Shown: positions 52,650-64,000 of the stretch, piece after piece | How the letters are laid out: each line of letters starts with the position of its first letter | Position numbering within the stretch: position 1 is the first letter of the stretch | Assembly (NCBI GenBank): GCA_024137785.1 | Contig: JAHRHZ010000024.1 | Coordinates: 27,130,338 to 27,194,337, forward strand | Direction: 5' to 3' | Length of the DNA stretch: 64,000 bases | From: Ginglymostoma cirratum | Taxonomy: Eukaryota | The notes under the pieces: generated by a model | What the model was told of the DNA's origin: nothing | The model's database searches: none | Seen by the model: the letters and a program-made list of their open reading frames with translations, nothing else | Position numbers and translations under genes: made by a program

Positions 52650-53705
52650 AGAGTCATACAGACATACAGCATGGAACCAGATCCTTTGAACCAACTAGTC
52701 CATGACGACCATGTTCCCAAACTAAACTAGTCCACTTGCCTGCATTTGGCCCATATCTCTCCAAACCTTTCCTATTCTTGTACTTATCCAAATGTCTTTT
52801 AAATGATGAACTATACCTGCATCCATCACTTTCGCTGGCATATCATTTCACACGCAAACCCTTCCTTGTATAATAAAGTTATCCCTCATGTCCTTTTCAA
52901 AACTTTCTCCTCTCACCTGAAAAACTATGCCCCACCGTTTTGAATTCCCTCACCCTAGGGAAAAAACCCATGCTATTCACTTTATCTATGCCCCTCATGA
53001 TTTTATAAACCTCAAGAAGGACACCTCTCAAACTCCTATGCTCCAGTGATAAAAGTCCCAGCCTATCCAGCCTATTTTATAACTCAAACATTCCATTCCT
53101 GGCAACATCCTAGGATATCATTTTCTAAACTTTCTCCAGCTTAATAATATCATTCCTATAGTAGGATTACCAGGACTACACATAGTACACTAGAATAGGC
53201 CTCATCATTATCCTACACAACCTTAACATGACATCCTAACTCCTATACTCAAAGGCCTGAGCAATGAAGGCATGCATGCTAAATGCCTTCTTAACCACCC
53301 TGTCTACCTATGATGCAAATTTCAAAAAAATTTATACCTGGACCCCTAGATCTCTCTGTTCAATAGTACCCAGGGCCCTACCATTAATTGTGTAAGTCCT
53401 GAAGTTGTTTGTTTTACCAAAATGCAATACCTCGCATTTATGAAAATTAAACTCCATCTGTTTCTTCTCAGGTCAGACACCCAACTGATCAAGATCTCTT
53501 TGTTATCTTAGATAACTTTCTTCACTGTCCATGATACCAACAATTTTGGTGTTATCCATAAACTTACTAACCATGCCTCTTATACTCTCATCCAAATCAT
53601 TTATATAAATGACAAACAAAAGTGCACCCAGTACCAATCCTTGGTGAACACCACTGGTTACAGGCATCCATTTTGAAAAACAATGTTCTACCATTACTCT
53701 CTATT
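52650..53705 (-). mobile_element. CR1 LINE 3' portion
   Basis: Minus ORF WMPVTSGVHQGLVLGALLFVIYINDLDESIRGMVSKFMDNTKIVG plus the CR1 3'UTR. Confidence 0.92.
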
Positions 53706-53711
53706 TGTATT

Positions 53712-54055
53712 GGGTGGCAGCTCAGTGATTAGCGTGACTGCCTCAGTACCAGGGGCACAGGTTTGATTCCAGCCTTAGATGACTATCTGTGTTGAGTTTG
53801 AATATTCTCCCTGTGCCTACCTCAGTTTCCTCAGGGTCCTCTGGTTTCCCCCCACAGTCCAAAGATGTGCATGTTGGAAAGATTGGCCAAACTAAATTGC
53901 CCTGCAGTGTCCAGGGATGTGCAGGCTAGATAGATTAGCTATGGTAAATGCAGTGTTTCAAGGGTAAGAGCTGGGTCTGGGTCGAATGCTCTATGGAGGA
54001 TCAGGTCAGGCTTGATGGGCTGAATGGCCCCTTTCTGCAGTGTCAGCATTCTATA
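53712..54055 (+). mobile_element. HE1-type shark SINE
   Basis: gggtggcagctcagtgattagc...cccacagtccaaagatgtgc...gggctgaatggcc. Confidence 0.88.
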
Positions 54056-57000
54056 AACTCCTAGCTTTGCCTTTTTTGCTGTCCTCAGAACTTAAAGGCT
54101 CACAGCAGTTCTGTCTTGCCTTCTCTCATGGTGCTGATAAAAAGCTACACAACTTGTCATGGTAATCAGCAGTGATCAGACAAGGTGGTTGCTGAACTGA
54201 TTTTTGGCTCCATGTTATGTCAATCTCACACATACAACAAGTGCCAGCAGCATATACAGCAAACAAACATGTGCTTCAGCTAAATGGTCACGTCCCAAGG
54301 CCTAAGGCAAAAAAAGCCTTCATCTCAGAAAAGTGATTCAAGTGTGTATCATCCACTATCAGTCTTTGGGTTTTGACACAATCAGACATCCAGTTGGGGC
54401 AACCAGGGTCATAGGATCTATATCACTACAGTCCTGGTAAAGGGCCACAGTCAGTCCTACAGGTCCAGTGCAACCAATCCACGGAATCACAGTAAGTGAT
54501 GAAGCTGCACAGAAGTCAGTCAGGGGTCCAGTCAGCAATCAGTTGGGGCTGTCTATCCAAGTCAGGCGAGAGAGTGGGTGACAGTCAGTCGTGAAGGTCA
54601 GCTCAATGAAAGTCAAGTGTGAATATCTGAGGCCCCTACTGAGATCGGGAAGTGAGGGATTGAAGGCGGCATACTGGGATGCAGACAAGGCAGTAGCTGT
54701 GAACGGGGAAAACTCAACATATAAGTGCAGGGGATGACAAGGTGGCAGGGAAGAGGGTAGTGCATTGGAAGATATGGATAACCGCCAAAGTGATTGGTCG
54801 TCAACAGTCACAATTACCCTGGAAGATGAACTTTTAATTCAAGGAGGGAAGAGGAACCTATGAGGCCAGCACAGCATGCAAGAAAGAAAGAAACATAGTG
54901 ATTCAGGTGATCACCATTGATAACCAGGCTGAGCATTGCCACTCACTATGCCACATACAACCTGCATTGCCTTATGTACTCGTACAAATCATAAATGGAA
55001 AATAGCTGTTACCACATCTAGTAGACAGCTGTGACCACATCTATAGTGGGTGGAATAAGTGTTTTTTATTCCATCGGAGTATGCAGGCTCTACTTGTGAG
55101 CAATATGAGGCACTTCAAGGGGTCTTGCATTAATTAGGCATTTTCACAGTACGTATTAAAGCTGCCTGTAATTGTAGAATCCTGAATGTGAAATGAATTC
55201 AGTTGCCAACTGTGTGCAATACAAATGCAGGTCACAAGCAATTTTGACCATGTCATTTGTCACTGCAGATTACAGATAGTCATCTCTGTAAAGCAGAAGT
55301 AATCATAGGAGACCTTAAAAGTGCCTCCTGCTGTTCAACTCAGAAAGAAAATCAAAGAGCTCATAAGCTGCACAAGTGCACAGAGCAGATTTCTTCTCAT
55401 CCTGAACTGTAAGTATTCACCAACAAGCTCTCGTATGTCTATCTTGGGTAACGAGGAGGATGGAGCGAACAATGTATCAGTAGTCATGCAGCATTTACAA
55501 TCTATTATTGTGTTTGTGTGACAGCTTGAATTGCATTCATTGAATAAGGTCCGTATGTCAGAAATCCGTGCAGAGGTATTCACTGCCACTTCTTGTGAGA
55601 GTCCTCCATGCCGCACTGTACTGAGGAGTATGCTAACCCATATGGAGCAGTATGAAACCTGTATTAAACCAGAGCAAAAATTACTGGTGTGTATTGGTTT
55701 TGACCTGGATTCACCCTGAAGGCAATACACAATCACAATACAGGTCATTCTGATGCTCTGAAATCTGGCACCAGTACTTTATCTGATTTTTCAGTTAGGG
55801 CTCAGATTATTCTACACCAAAATCCATACTGTCTATCTTACATCGGCATTATATTCATTGTCTTTTTTTTCATCTTTAGGCAGCTTGTACCCACCCTGAC
55901 TCAGCAACCCGCCATCCCTCCTATTACACCACCTCCCCCTGAATACCCATGCTCACACCTCCTGCACCAGCCTGACTCTGCATCAACTTCACATCTCCTG
56001 CACTCTTCATCTCCAACATCATTGCTCCCAGCCTCACAGCCCCTGCATGCCTCAATTCCCCATCCTCACATGCACTATCCCTGATTACCCACACTCACAG
56101 GTCTTGCCCCTTAACTCTCCACCTTCACAACTCTTGCTCCACTTCCATTTCTATTTTATCCTCCTTTATGATTGTAGCGATAATCTCCAGATTAAAACAT
56201 ATCAGAGATGCATGTTCGTTGCAGTGTTTGTCATGTTCTGCACAACGAAGACTTGACAAATCCACATACAAGTGACAACGCACATTTATGTATGAAAAGG
56301 GAAGGTGCCAAACGTGAATATTTTACCTGCAGCCAGTGTCACTTTTGTGCGAATTCCAGGGAAGAAAAATTCATCTTTTAGAAATTTACCTTTTACTGTA
56401 CCTTAGTAAACGGCGACAAATGTGAAAAAAGGTTGTGCACTGATATTCAGCAGGAATCCTGGAGGTCTAGGAGCTGGGATTCCTCCCTCTTTGGTGGGGT
56501 CCTTTCCTGAAGACCAGAGAGATTTGTGGGTGGCCTGATAGAGATTTGGAAGGGATTTGATAGATTAGACATAAATAAACTGAAAACTGGACAAAAAAGT
56601 CAATGACGGTCACAAATAAATCCAGTAGAAAATTCAGGTGAAACTTCTTTTACCTAAACAGTAATTGTAATTTGGAACTTGTTACCACTCTCTATTTCAC
56701 TCTGGGAATGTTTCCCTATCCATATTATCTCTTTCCTTATCTTTAGTATCATTCATCATTCCTTTGGAGATCTCATCTACACTCTCGACTTGCTTCTTCA
56801 CAATCAATGTGGTCGAGATGTCTAACACATTAAATGAGCTATATAAATGCAAATTTCTGTTGTTGATTTTGTTGGATTAAGTGCAAAAAATGAGGGTGCT
56901 GAAGATTTCAAAGAAGGCTGAAAGCAATGTGTGTGAATAAGCTGCCCATAATTCCGTTTGTATTTAACTCTGTTTCTTTAACTAAGCCTACTCAGTCACT

Positions 57001-57214
57001 ATGTGATCATATATTAATGTATTATATCCAGGATATTTTGTGCAAGTGGTTGCCCTACCCCCTTGGTTAAAATTCTGGGTGCCAGAATCTCCCTGATGTG
57101 AGAAGGGGTATAAAGCTCCAAGCTGTGTTTCCTAACTTGGTCAATCACTACGTAAATTATCATCAACTACCTTTAATTACCCTTACATAGATTAGAATAG
57201 TGGTATTGGAAAGG

Positions 57215-57560
57215 ACAAAGAGGGAAATGTGTTTCTCAAGTTTTTACTTGAAAATTTTCTTGATCAGTGCATTTCCGGTTCAGTGAGGAAGGAAGTTTCT
57301 TAGAATCTGCTTCGATTGAATGAGGTCGGTGAAATGTTACAAATACCAGTAATGGACTATTTAAGGGCGAATTATCATAGTATTCTATGGTTTAGGTTAA
57401 CCATGAAAGAGGACAGAGAGCGATCTCACTGAAAGGAACACAATTAGAGAAGGGTCAACTTCAGCAGGGTGTGAATTGAAAGATCCCTTGTAAATTAGAA
57501 TCAAACGTTGGCAGTCTAAACGCTAAACTCATCAATCAACTTCCATGAAGGAGGAAATAG
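57215..57560 (+). mobile_element. CR1 endonuclease-region fragment, decayed
   Basis: aattatcatagtattctatggtttaggttaaccatgaaagaggacaga resembles 'SDHSIIRFRL.MEKD' (cf. 49345-49395). Confidence 0.55.
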
Positions 57561-57869
57561 ATAGTTAGGGTTGCTGGTAGTTGAAACAGCATAAAAATAG
57601 CTGAAAGTGTTTTGCATTTGACACAACATGCCTAAAGAAGATTTTTATCCAGAACAGCAGCTTTTAAAGCTTGAGCTGCCAAGGCACAGTGGGGAAAGTC
57701 CGAAGTCTTCCTGCTGAAGTTAAAGGGGGGATCTGTTCAGTTATTGGACCCTCCTGGTGCCTCAAATGCATGTAAATGTAATGTGGAGATGCCAGTATTA
57801 TACTGGGGTGGACAAGCACAGAAATCACATGACACCAGGTAATAGTCCAACAGGTTCATTTGAAAACAC

Positions 57870-57898
57870 AAGCTTTCAAAGCTCAGCTCCTTCCTCAG
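57870..57898 (-). ncRNA. Minimal hammerhead-like motif (older pLTR family)
   Basis: Minus strand acac-CTGAGGA-aggagctgagcttt-GAAA-GCTT-gtgt; stem I acac/gtgt, palindromic AAGCUU. Confidence 0.55.
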
Positions 57899-57920
57899 GT
57901 GTAGTGTGAGAGGGGGTATT

Positions 57921-58250
57921 TGGGGCAGCACGGTGGCTCAGTAGTTAGCACTGCAGCCTCACAGCACCAGGGACCCAGGTTTGATTCCAGCCTCGGCCGA
58001 CTGTCTGTGTGGAGTTTGCATATTCTCCCCTTGTCTGTGTGGGTTTCCTCCGGGTGCTCTGGTTTCGTCCCACAGTCCAAAGATGTGCATGCTAGGTGGA
58101 TTGGCCATGCTAAGTTGCCTGTAGCGTTCAGGGATATGTAGATTAGGTGGGTTATAGCGGGGTGGGTCTGGGTGGGATGCTTTGAGGTTCAGTGTGGACT
58201 TGTTGGACCGAAGGGCCTGTTTCCACACTGAAGAGATTCTATGATTCTGA
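57921..58250 (+). mobile_element. HE1-type shark SINE
   Basis: ggggcagcacggtggctcagtagttagcactgcagcctcacagcaccagggaccc...gattctatgattct. Confidence 0.93.
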
Positions 58251-58554
58251 GACACAGAATTTAAAGGCAGAAAGGTAACAACCTAAAACTGGCCACTTCT
58301 TGTTGAATCTTTAATCAGTTAGGAAGGAGACTATTGATTGAAATGCAAAACCCAGATTCCTTTCAAGTCATTGCCCCAAGATAATTAAAGGTTTTTTCAA
58401 GGTACACAAGAGGTGACATCTCAGGTCAGACAATGCATTTTAGGCATGAAGTCTTGGTTACGATCTGTCTATGTTTTAAACAGGGGCCAGGTTTTATTTT
58501 TAGCAAAACAGAATGTATCTGCAACTAACAAACATCTTGGATCAAACAATTCAT

Positions 58555-58770
58555 GTGTGTCTGAATCTCTGTGTGTGTCCATCCATGTGTGTGTGTACTT
58601 GAGAGAGTGAGTGTGAGGGAATGTATGTGTGAGAGGGTGTGTGTGTGTTTGTGTGTGTTTTTTTGTGTGTGTGTGTGTTTGTTTGTATCTGTATGTGTGT
58701 GTGTGAGAGAGGCCCTGTGTAAGTGTACGAGTGCATGTGTGTGTGTGTTCATGTGAGTATATAGTGTGGT
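58555..58770. repeat. Degenerate (GT)n microsatellite within the Penelope 3'UTR
   Basis: Interrupted gtgt runs. Confidence 0.9.
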
Positions 58771-59121
58771 GGGGTCACCTGTAGCATAACATGAACCCAA
58801 GATCACAATTGAGGCCATCCTTATGGGTATGGAACTTGCCTATCAGCCTCTGCTCGGTGATTTTGCATTGTAGTGTATCTTGAAGTCCACCTGAGAGGAT
58901 GCTTACTCAAAGATTGGAGGCCAAATGTCCTTGACCGCTGAAGTGCTTCCCCACTGAGAGGGAACACCCCTGTCCGGTGATTGTTGTGTGGTGTCCATTC
59001 ATCCATTGTTATTGTGTCTGTTTGGTCTCACCAACATACCGTGCCTCATGGCATCCTTGCCTGCATCATGTGAATGAGACAACATTGGCCAAGTCACATG
59101 AATATCTGCCATGTAAGTAGT

Positions 59122-59783
59122 ATCAGAGATAAAAGGTTCTGCAGATGCTGGAGAATCCGAGATAACAAGGTGTGGGGCTGGATGAACACAGCAGGCCAAG
59201 CAGCATCATAGGAGCAGGAAAGCTTGACGTTTCGGGCCTAGACCCTTCATCAGAAATGANNNNNNNNNNNNNNNNNNNNNNNNNNNNNNNNNNNNNNNNN
59301 NNNNNNNNNNNNNNNNNNNNNNNNNNNNNNNNNNNNNNNNNNNNNNNNNNNNNNNNNNNNNNNNNNNNNNNNNNNNNNNNNNNNNNNNNNNNNNNNNNNN
59401 NNNNNNNNNNNNNNNNNNNNNNNNNNNNNNNNNNNNNNNNNNNNNNNNNNNNNNNNNNNNNNNNNNNNNNNNNNNNNNNNNNNNNNNNNNNNNNNNNNNN
59501 NNNNNNNNNNNNNNNNNNNNNNNNNNNNNNNNNNNNNNNNNNNNNNNNNNNNNNNNNNNNNNNNNNNNNNNNNNNNNNNNNNNNNNNNNNNNNNNNNNNN
59601 NNNNNNNNNNNNNNNNNNNNNNNNNNNNNNNNNNNNNNNNNNNNNNNNNNNNNNNNNNNGCTTGACGTTTCGGGCCTAGACCCTTCATCAGAAATGATAA
59701 TAGACCCTTCTAGGCCCGAAACGTCAAGCTTTCCTGCTCCAGTGATGCTGCTTGGCCTGCTGTGTTCATCCAGCCCCACACCT
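59122..59783. mobile_element. Young Penelope pLTR inverted-repeat insertion with 15-bp TSD
   Basis: tgccatgtaagtagt at 59107-59121 and 59784-59798; hammerhead cores on the minus strand at 59226-59253 and 59664-59691; 400-N gap at 59260-59659. Confidence 0.9.
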
Positions 59784-60263
59784 TGCCATGTAAGTAGTGA
59801 TGGGTGTTCCCATGTTGATGATCTGACATGTCTCTCAGAAGTTGCCATGACAGGGTTGTATAGTGCTGTGGTCAATATTGTCCTGAACATTGGGTAGTTT
59901 GTTGCGAAACCTTTGTTTAAGGTTTGGAGGTTGCTTGAAGGCATGAAGTGGAGGTGTGTGGAAGATCGTGATGAGGTACTTAACATCATCAATAATGTGT
60001 TGAAGGCTGTGAAGAAAATGGCGTAGTTTCTCTGCTCCAAGGAAGCACTAGACGACAAAGTGAACCCTAACAGTCGTATCTCGTGTCTGTCTCCTGGGGA
60101 GGTCATTGTGGTTTTTTGCTGCGGCACGACAGGAATTAGTGATCAATGGGTTGAACTTGTCCGTGTATGTATAGGGCTTTTCGGTAGACGATGGCTTTTT
60201 TAATATGTTTAGGGTGGAAGCGAGAGAAGTGCAGCACCATGAGGCAAGCCCACAGATAACCTT

Positions 60264-60375
60264 CAACAACAACAAAAACAGAAAAGCTCAGCAGGTCTGG
60301 CAGCATCTGTGAAGAAAATATCAAAGTTAACGTTTCGGGTCAGGCGACCCTTCCTCAGAACTCAAATGCCTTTTG
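60264..60375 (-). mobile_element. Penelope pLTR fragment (third family) with 14-bp TSD
   Basis: ccacagataacctt at 60250-60263 and 60376-60389. Confidence 0.8.
60328..60358 (-). ncRNA. Minimal hammerhead ribozyme motif
   Basis: Minus strand gagtt-CTGAGGA-a-gggtc-gcct-gaccc-GAAA-CGTT-aactt: perfect 5-bp stem II and stem I agtt/aact. Confidence 0.7.
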
Positions 60376-60548
60376 CCACAGATAACCTTTCTGCTTATAA
60401 GTTCTGTGTCTTATACCATCTGTCTCACACTACAGCTGAGAAAGGATCTGAGCTCTGAAAGCTTGCTTTTTCAAATAAACCTCTTGGACTATAACCTGGT
60501 GTAGTATGATTTTTGAGCATGTAAATATAGTCTCGTTCAAGTATGAGA

Positions 60549-60734
60549 GATAGTAGGAACTGCAGATGCTGGAGAATCTGAGATAACAAGGTGTAGAGCT
60601 GGATGAACACAGCAGGCCAAGCAGCATCAGAGGAGCAGGAAAGCTGACCTTCCTATGCCCGAAACATCAGCTTTCCTGCTCCTCTGATGCTGCTTGGTCT
60701 GCTGTGTTCATCCAACTCTCCACCTTGTTATCTT
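60549..60734. mobile_element. Penelope pLTR hairpin with 14-bp TSD
   Basis: Inverted arms gataacaaggtgtagagctggatgaacacagcagg...aaagctga / tcagctttcctgctc...caccttgttatc; gttcaagtatgaga at 60535-60548 and 60735-60748. Confidence 0.9.
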
Positions 60735-60749
60735 GTTCAAGTATGAGAT

Positions 60750-60895
60750 GCCTTTGGTTTGTTTGGATAGAGTCAAAGTCCAATGTACGTTTGTTTCCTT
60801 AACAGGCTACTGTACACAAATGAACTGCACTTGTGACTATGTAAATGCATAAAGTTTTTTTTTATGAATAAAGTATATTTATTAAATTAAAAAAG
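60750..60895 (+). mobile_element. Probable L1/Tx1-type LINE 3' end
   Basis: T-run then atgaataaagtatattt and an A-rich tail. Confidence 0.45.
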
Positions 60896-61399
60896 CAGCT
60901 TCCATAGACTGCTGTTTGAACCTAACCTGCAAGTTTGAGTAATTAGCTGCCTCCATGGATGGTGTATATCCAAGTAACCAAGATTAAGATATTACACAAA
61001 GGTTCTTGTGAAACAAATACAATGCACCCTGTGGAACAGAAACAGATGTAGTTGCTTGTGCAGAGACAGTTAGATAAGACATGGCCATGAGGAATGTTGG
61101 TAGATGTCTCCACACTGGACTGGTGCAAATTCTGGTATTCATCATGTGACAGAAGGGAAGACTCTGGCCGTACACTGATCACACATTCACATGGTATTAA
61201 GACCCCAGGTAATTGGATGAGTAGAGATGATAGATGATGGTAGAGATGAGATGATAGCTAGTCAAAATGGGCAGAGAAACTCTATTAAACCTGAACATTT
61301 TTCTTTGTTTGGTGGAATAATCCCCAGATTGAAAAAAAGTATAAGATCCCAAAAGCAGAATATAGAGAACAATGAAGAAAGTTGAAATGTAGAACCTCA

Positions 61400-61917
61400 A
61401 AAAGTAGTTATCTTAGGATTACTACCAGTGCCATGAGCTTCTCAGGGTAGAAACAGCAGAATATATAGGATGAACATGTGGTTGAAAAGATGGTGTGAGG
61501 GGGAGGGTTTCAGATTCACGGGGCACTGGGACCAATTCTGGGGGAGGTGGGACCTGTATAAACTGGACGGGTTACAACTGGGCAGGACCGGGACTGATGG
61601 CTTTGGGGTGATGCTTAGTAGGGTGGTTGGGGAGAGTTTAAACTGGTGTGGCAAGGGAATGGGAACCAGAGGAGTATGGTTGTAGATGCAGAAATTGTGG
61701 GTGATGTAGAAACCAAAGCAAACATTACTGAGAACAAGAACAGACAGGGAAACGCTGCAGTAAAGAGCAGGAGAGGTGGTCTGAAATGCATGTGTTTCAA
61801 TGCAAGAAGTATAATAGGCAAGCTAAATGAACTTAGAACTTTGGTTAGTACTTGGAACTATGACATTCTTATGATTACGGAGACTTGGCTGAAAGAGGGA
61901 CAGAACTGGCAGCTGAA
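61400..61917 (+). mobile_element. CR1 fragment (ORF1 C-terminus, ORF2 N-terminus)
   Basis: MNMWLKRWCEGEGFRFTGHWDQFWGRWDLYKLDGLQL and LKCMCFNARSIIGKLNEL..YDILMITETWL. Confidence 0.92.
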
Positions 61918-62070
61918 TGTAGAGGAGGCCAGTATCCTATCACCAGGTCACCATTTATTTACACGTAGAGAGTCCTTGACACTGATCCCGCTCCTTCAGA
62001 GCCAGCTCTCAGAGTCAGCAGGCTGTTTGACACTCTTGTTTAAGTCTGTCAGCCAGATGTTCCTGATATC
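61918..62070 (-). mobile_element. Partial solo LTR (family of 2292-2509) at the CR1 breakpoint
   Basis: ggccagtatcc...tttatttacacg...tgacactga...cagagccagctctcagagt...gtcagccagatgttcctgat aligns with 2310-2450 and 22530-22670. Confidence 0.6.
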
Positions 62071-62099
62071 CTCCTTAATGATGGCCATGACACTCATCT

Positions 62100-64000
62100 T
62101 TGCCCCTGACTCTCTTGAAGTTCTGGTATGCTGCTGTTGTCTTCCACTGTGAATGCTGTTTCAAAGTACCTATTCAGTTTCTCTGCCATTTATTACTGGT
62201 CCATTACTACTTCTCCAGTCTCATTTTCCAGTGTTCCAATGTCCACAAGTTTCTCTCTCCCACCTTTTATACATCTTAAATAACTCTTGCAATCCTCTTT
62301 CATATTACCAGTTAGCTTACTTTCATATTTCATCATCTCCCTCATTATTGTGTTTTTTTATTATCCTCTGCTTTTTTTTATAGATTCTTTTCAATCCTTT
62401 ATAGTAACATTGTTACACCTTATTCGAGCTTCTCCCTCGCAAAATGTAGAATGAATTCTATCATATGTGGTCACTGCCCCCTCGGGGTTCCTTCACCTTA
62501 AGATCCCTAATCTGCCTCATTACACATCACCAAATCCCGAATTGCCTATTCCCTAGTGGATTCTGCTATGGGATGCTCCAACAATCCAACTTGTAGACAT
62601 TCCATGAATTCCTTCTCTTAGGATCTGCTACCAACATGATTTCCCTACGTCACCTGCATATTGAAAATCCCCCATGATTACTGTAAATGTGCCTTTCCTA
62701 CATATGTTTTCTATCTCCTGATTTATTTTTTCCCTACATCTTGACTACTGCCCAAAGGCCATCCTAACTCCCATCAGGTTCTTTGTCCCTCTGCAGTTCC
62801 TCAACTCTACACACACAGATTCCATGATCCCGTTGTAGCCATGCATCTGTGATATACATATCTGACAACTTCAATCTGCCCTACAAGCTCATTTACTTTG
62901 TTTACCTCATGCACTGAGGTACAAAGCCCTCAGTCCTGTGTTGACTGCAGCCTTTTTCATAGTTGTCTCCTTATCAACAATGTCTGAAGTTAGACTCTTA
63001 ACACTTTCCATTCTCTCTGTTGTGTTCCGTGCTCTGCAAACTTTAATATCCTCTACTGCACCCTCCCCTGCTCTCCCCCTTTAACTTTATCCATAAGTTT
63101 TCAAGCAACTGAACCCACCCTGCCACAATTTGGATTAAAGCCATAGCCTTAGTTATGCAATTCTGGTCCCAGATGGTTTAGCTGGAGCCTGACCCATTGG
63201 GATATCTCTCTCCTTCGTCAGAACTGGTGTTAATGTCCCATGAATTCAATCCTGTTTCTCCCACACCAATCTTTCAGCCAATCTTTACGTTTACCTCTTT
63301 AATCCATAGACCCTGTGCCAATTGGCTCAGGTAATAATCCAGCGATTATTACCTTTTTGGGTTTACTTCCTAATTTAGCCCTGAGCTGCTCATATTCCCC
63401 CAGCAGAACCTCGTTGATACCTGTGTGGACCACAATAATTGATTCTTTCTCCTCCCACATCATTTCCTCTGCGGTGCAAATGATAGATCCTGAACCCGGG
63501 CGGCAGGCAGGCAACATAGCCTTCAGGACTCTCGATCCAGGCCACAAAGAAGTGTTTATTCCCCTGACTATACATTCCCAGATTACAACCACATTTCTCT
63601 TTTCTGTCCACTTTCGAATGGCTCCCTGTACCATGGTGATATGATCAGTTTGCTCATCGTCCCTCCAACCCCATCGTCATCCACACAGGGAGCAAGACTC
63701 TCAAACCTGGTCGACAAGCTCAAGGGCTGAAGCCTCTTCAGCATTACCTCCTGCATCCCTCTACCTGCCTCGCTGGTAGTCATACTCTCCTGTCCCTGAC
63801 CCCTGACTGAATTCAAGGTAGTTAATCTAAGAGGTGTGACTGTCTCCTGACACGCAGTATCTAGGTACCTCCCTCCCTCTCCCTAATGTGTCACAGTGTT
63901 TGAAGCTCAGACTCCAGCTCATCAGCTATGAATCAGAGTTCTTCAAGCAACCAACACTTGCTACAGATGTAGTCACTATGGACCACAGTGGAGTCCACTG
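62100..64000 (-). mobile_element. CR1 LINE 5' half (ORF1 and endonuclease region), decayed, running off the window
   Basis: Minus ORFs QPLSLSTRFESLAPC, VVVIWECIVRGI, IVVHTGINE..YEQLRAKLGSKPKKVIIAGLLPEP; endonuclease 'VIMGDF' coding at ~62670. Confidence 0.88.

Larger units (their letters stand above)
57775..60520 (-). mobile_element. Older Penelope-like element (RT thumb, GIY-YIG, 3'UTR, inverted pLTRs) carrying nested insertions
   Basis: Minus strand LHFSRFHPKHIKKAI (~60240); YVGETKQT..MNGH..VGKHFSGQGH..EQRLIGKFHTHKDGLN (59040-58780); pLTR at 57775-57903 with an inverted copy at 60432-60520. Confidence 0.85.

Noticed and set aside
54539-54811. GC-richer tract with a 90-aa minus ORF
   Set aside because: No recognisable motif; probably an unclassified old repeat that I cannot assign
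58525-58818. His/Thr-rich and Cys/Val-rich ORFs
   Set aside because: Translations of the degenerate GT microsatellite
59122-59783. Repeated 'cttgacgtttcgggcctagacccttc' units as a CRISPR-like array
   Set aside because: Eukaryotic context, no spacers or cas genes; these are pLTR copies, and the duplication either side of the N gap may be an assembly artefact
59123-60127. Longest ORFs in the track (334, 241 and 160 aa)
   Set aside because: They are long only because they read through the 400-N gap; the real sequence is Penelope pLTR and decayed PLE

Overview
Vertebrate, non-coding, repeat-dominated DNA from a cartilaginous fish. The repeat families (HE1-type SINEs, DeuSINE-type SINEs, CR1 LINEs, Penelope-like elements) are ones I recognise from carpet sharks such as whale, zebra and bamboo sharks; the species is an inference. 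I found no intact host gene. Nearly all ORF-track entries are chance ORFs or transposon fragments. Main observations: (1) a ~3.9 kb degraded LTR provirus on the - strand (28939-32848) with paired LTRs, a decayed tRNA-Ser(GCT)-type primer-binding site and env-like remnants, but no recognisable gag-pol; (2) several Penelope-like insertions carrying minimal hammerhead-ribozyme cores, five of them flanked by 13-15 bp target-site duplications, including a nested cluster at 57775-60748; (3) a decayed coiled-coil coding relic (~27450-28480), possibly GVIN1/VLIG-like, with a perfect 55-bp tandem duplication; (4) a near full-length CR1 LINE (47065-51592) that splits an older Penelope element; (5) short solo LTRs and Harbinger remnants. 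All family assignments come from pattern recognition, not database searches, and boundaries of old repeats are approximate.
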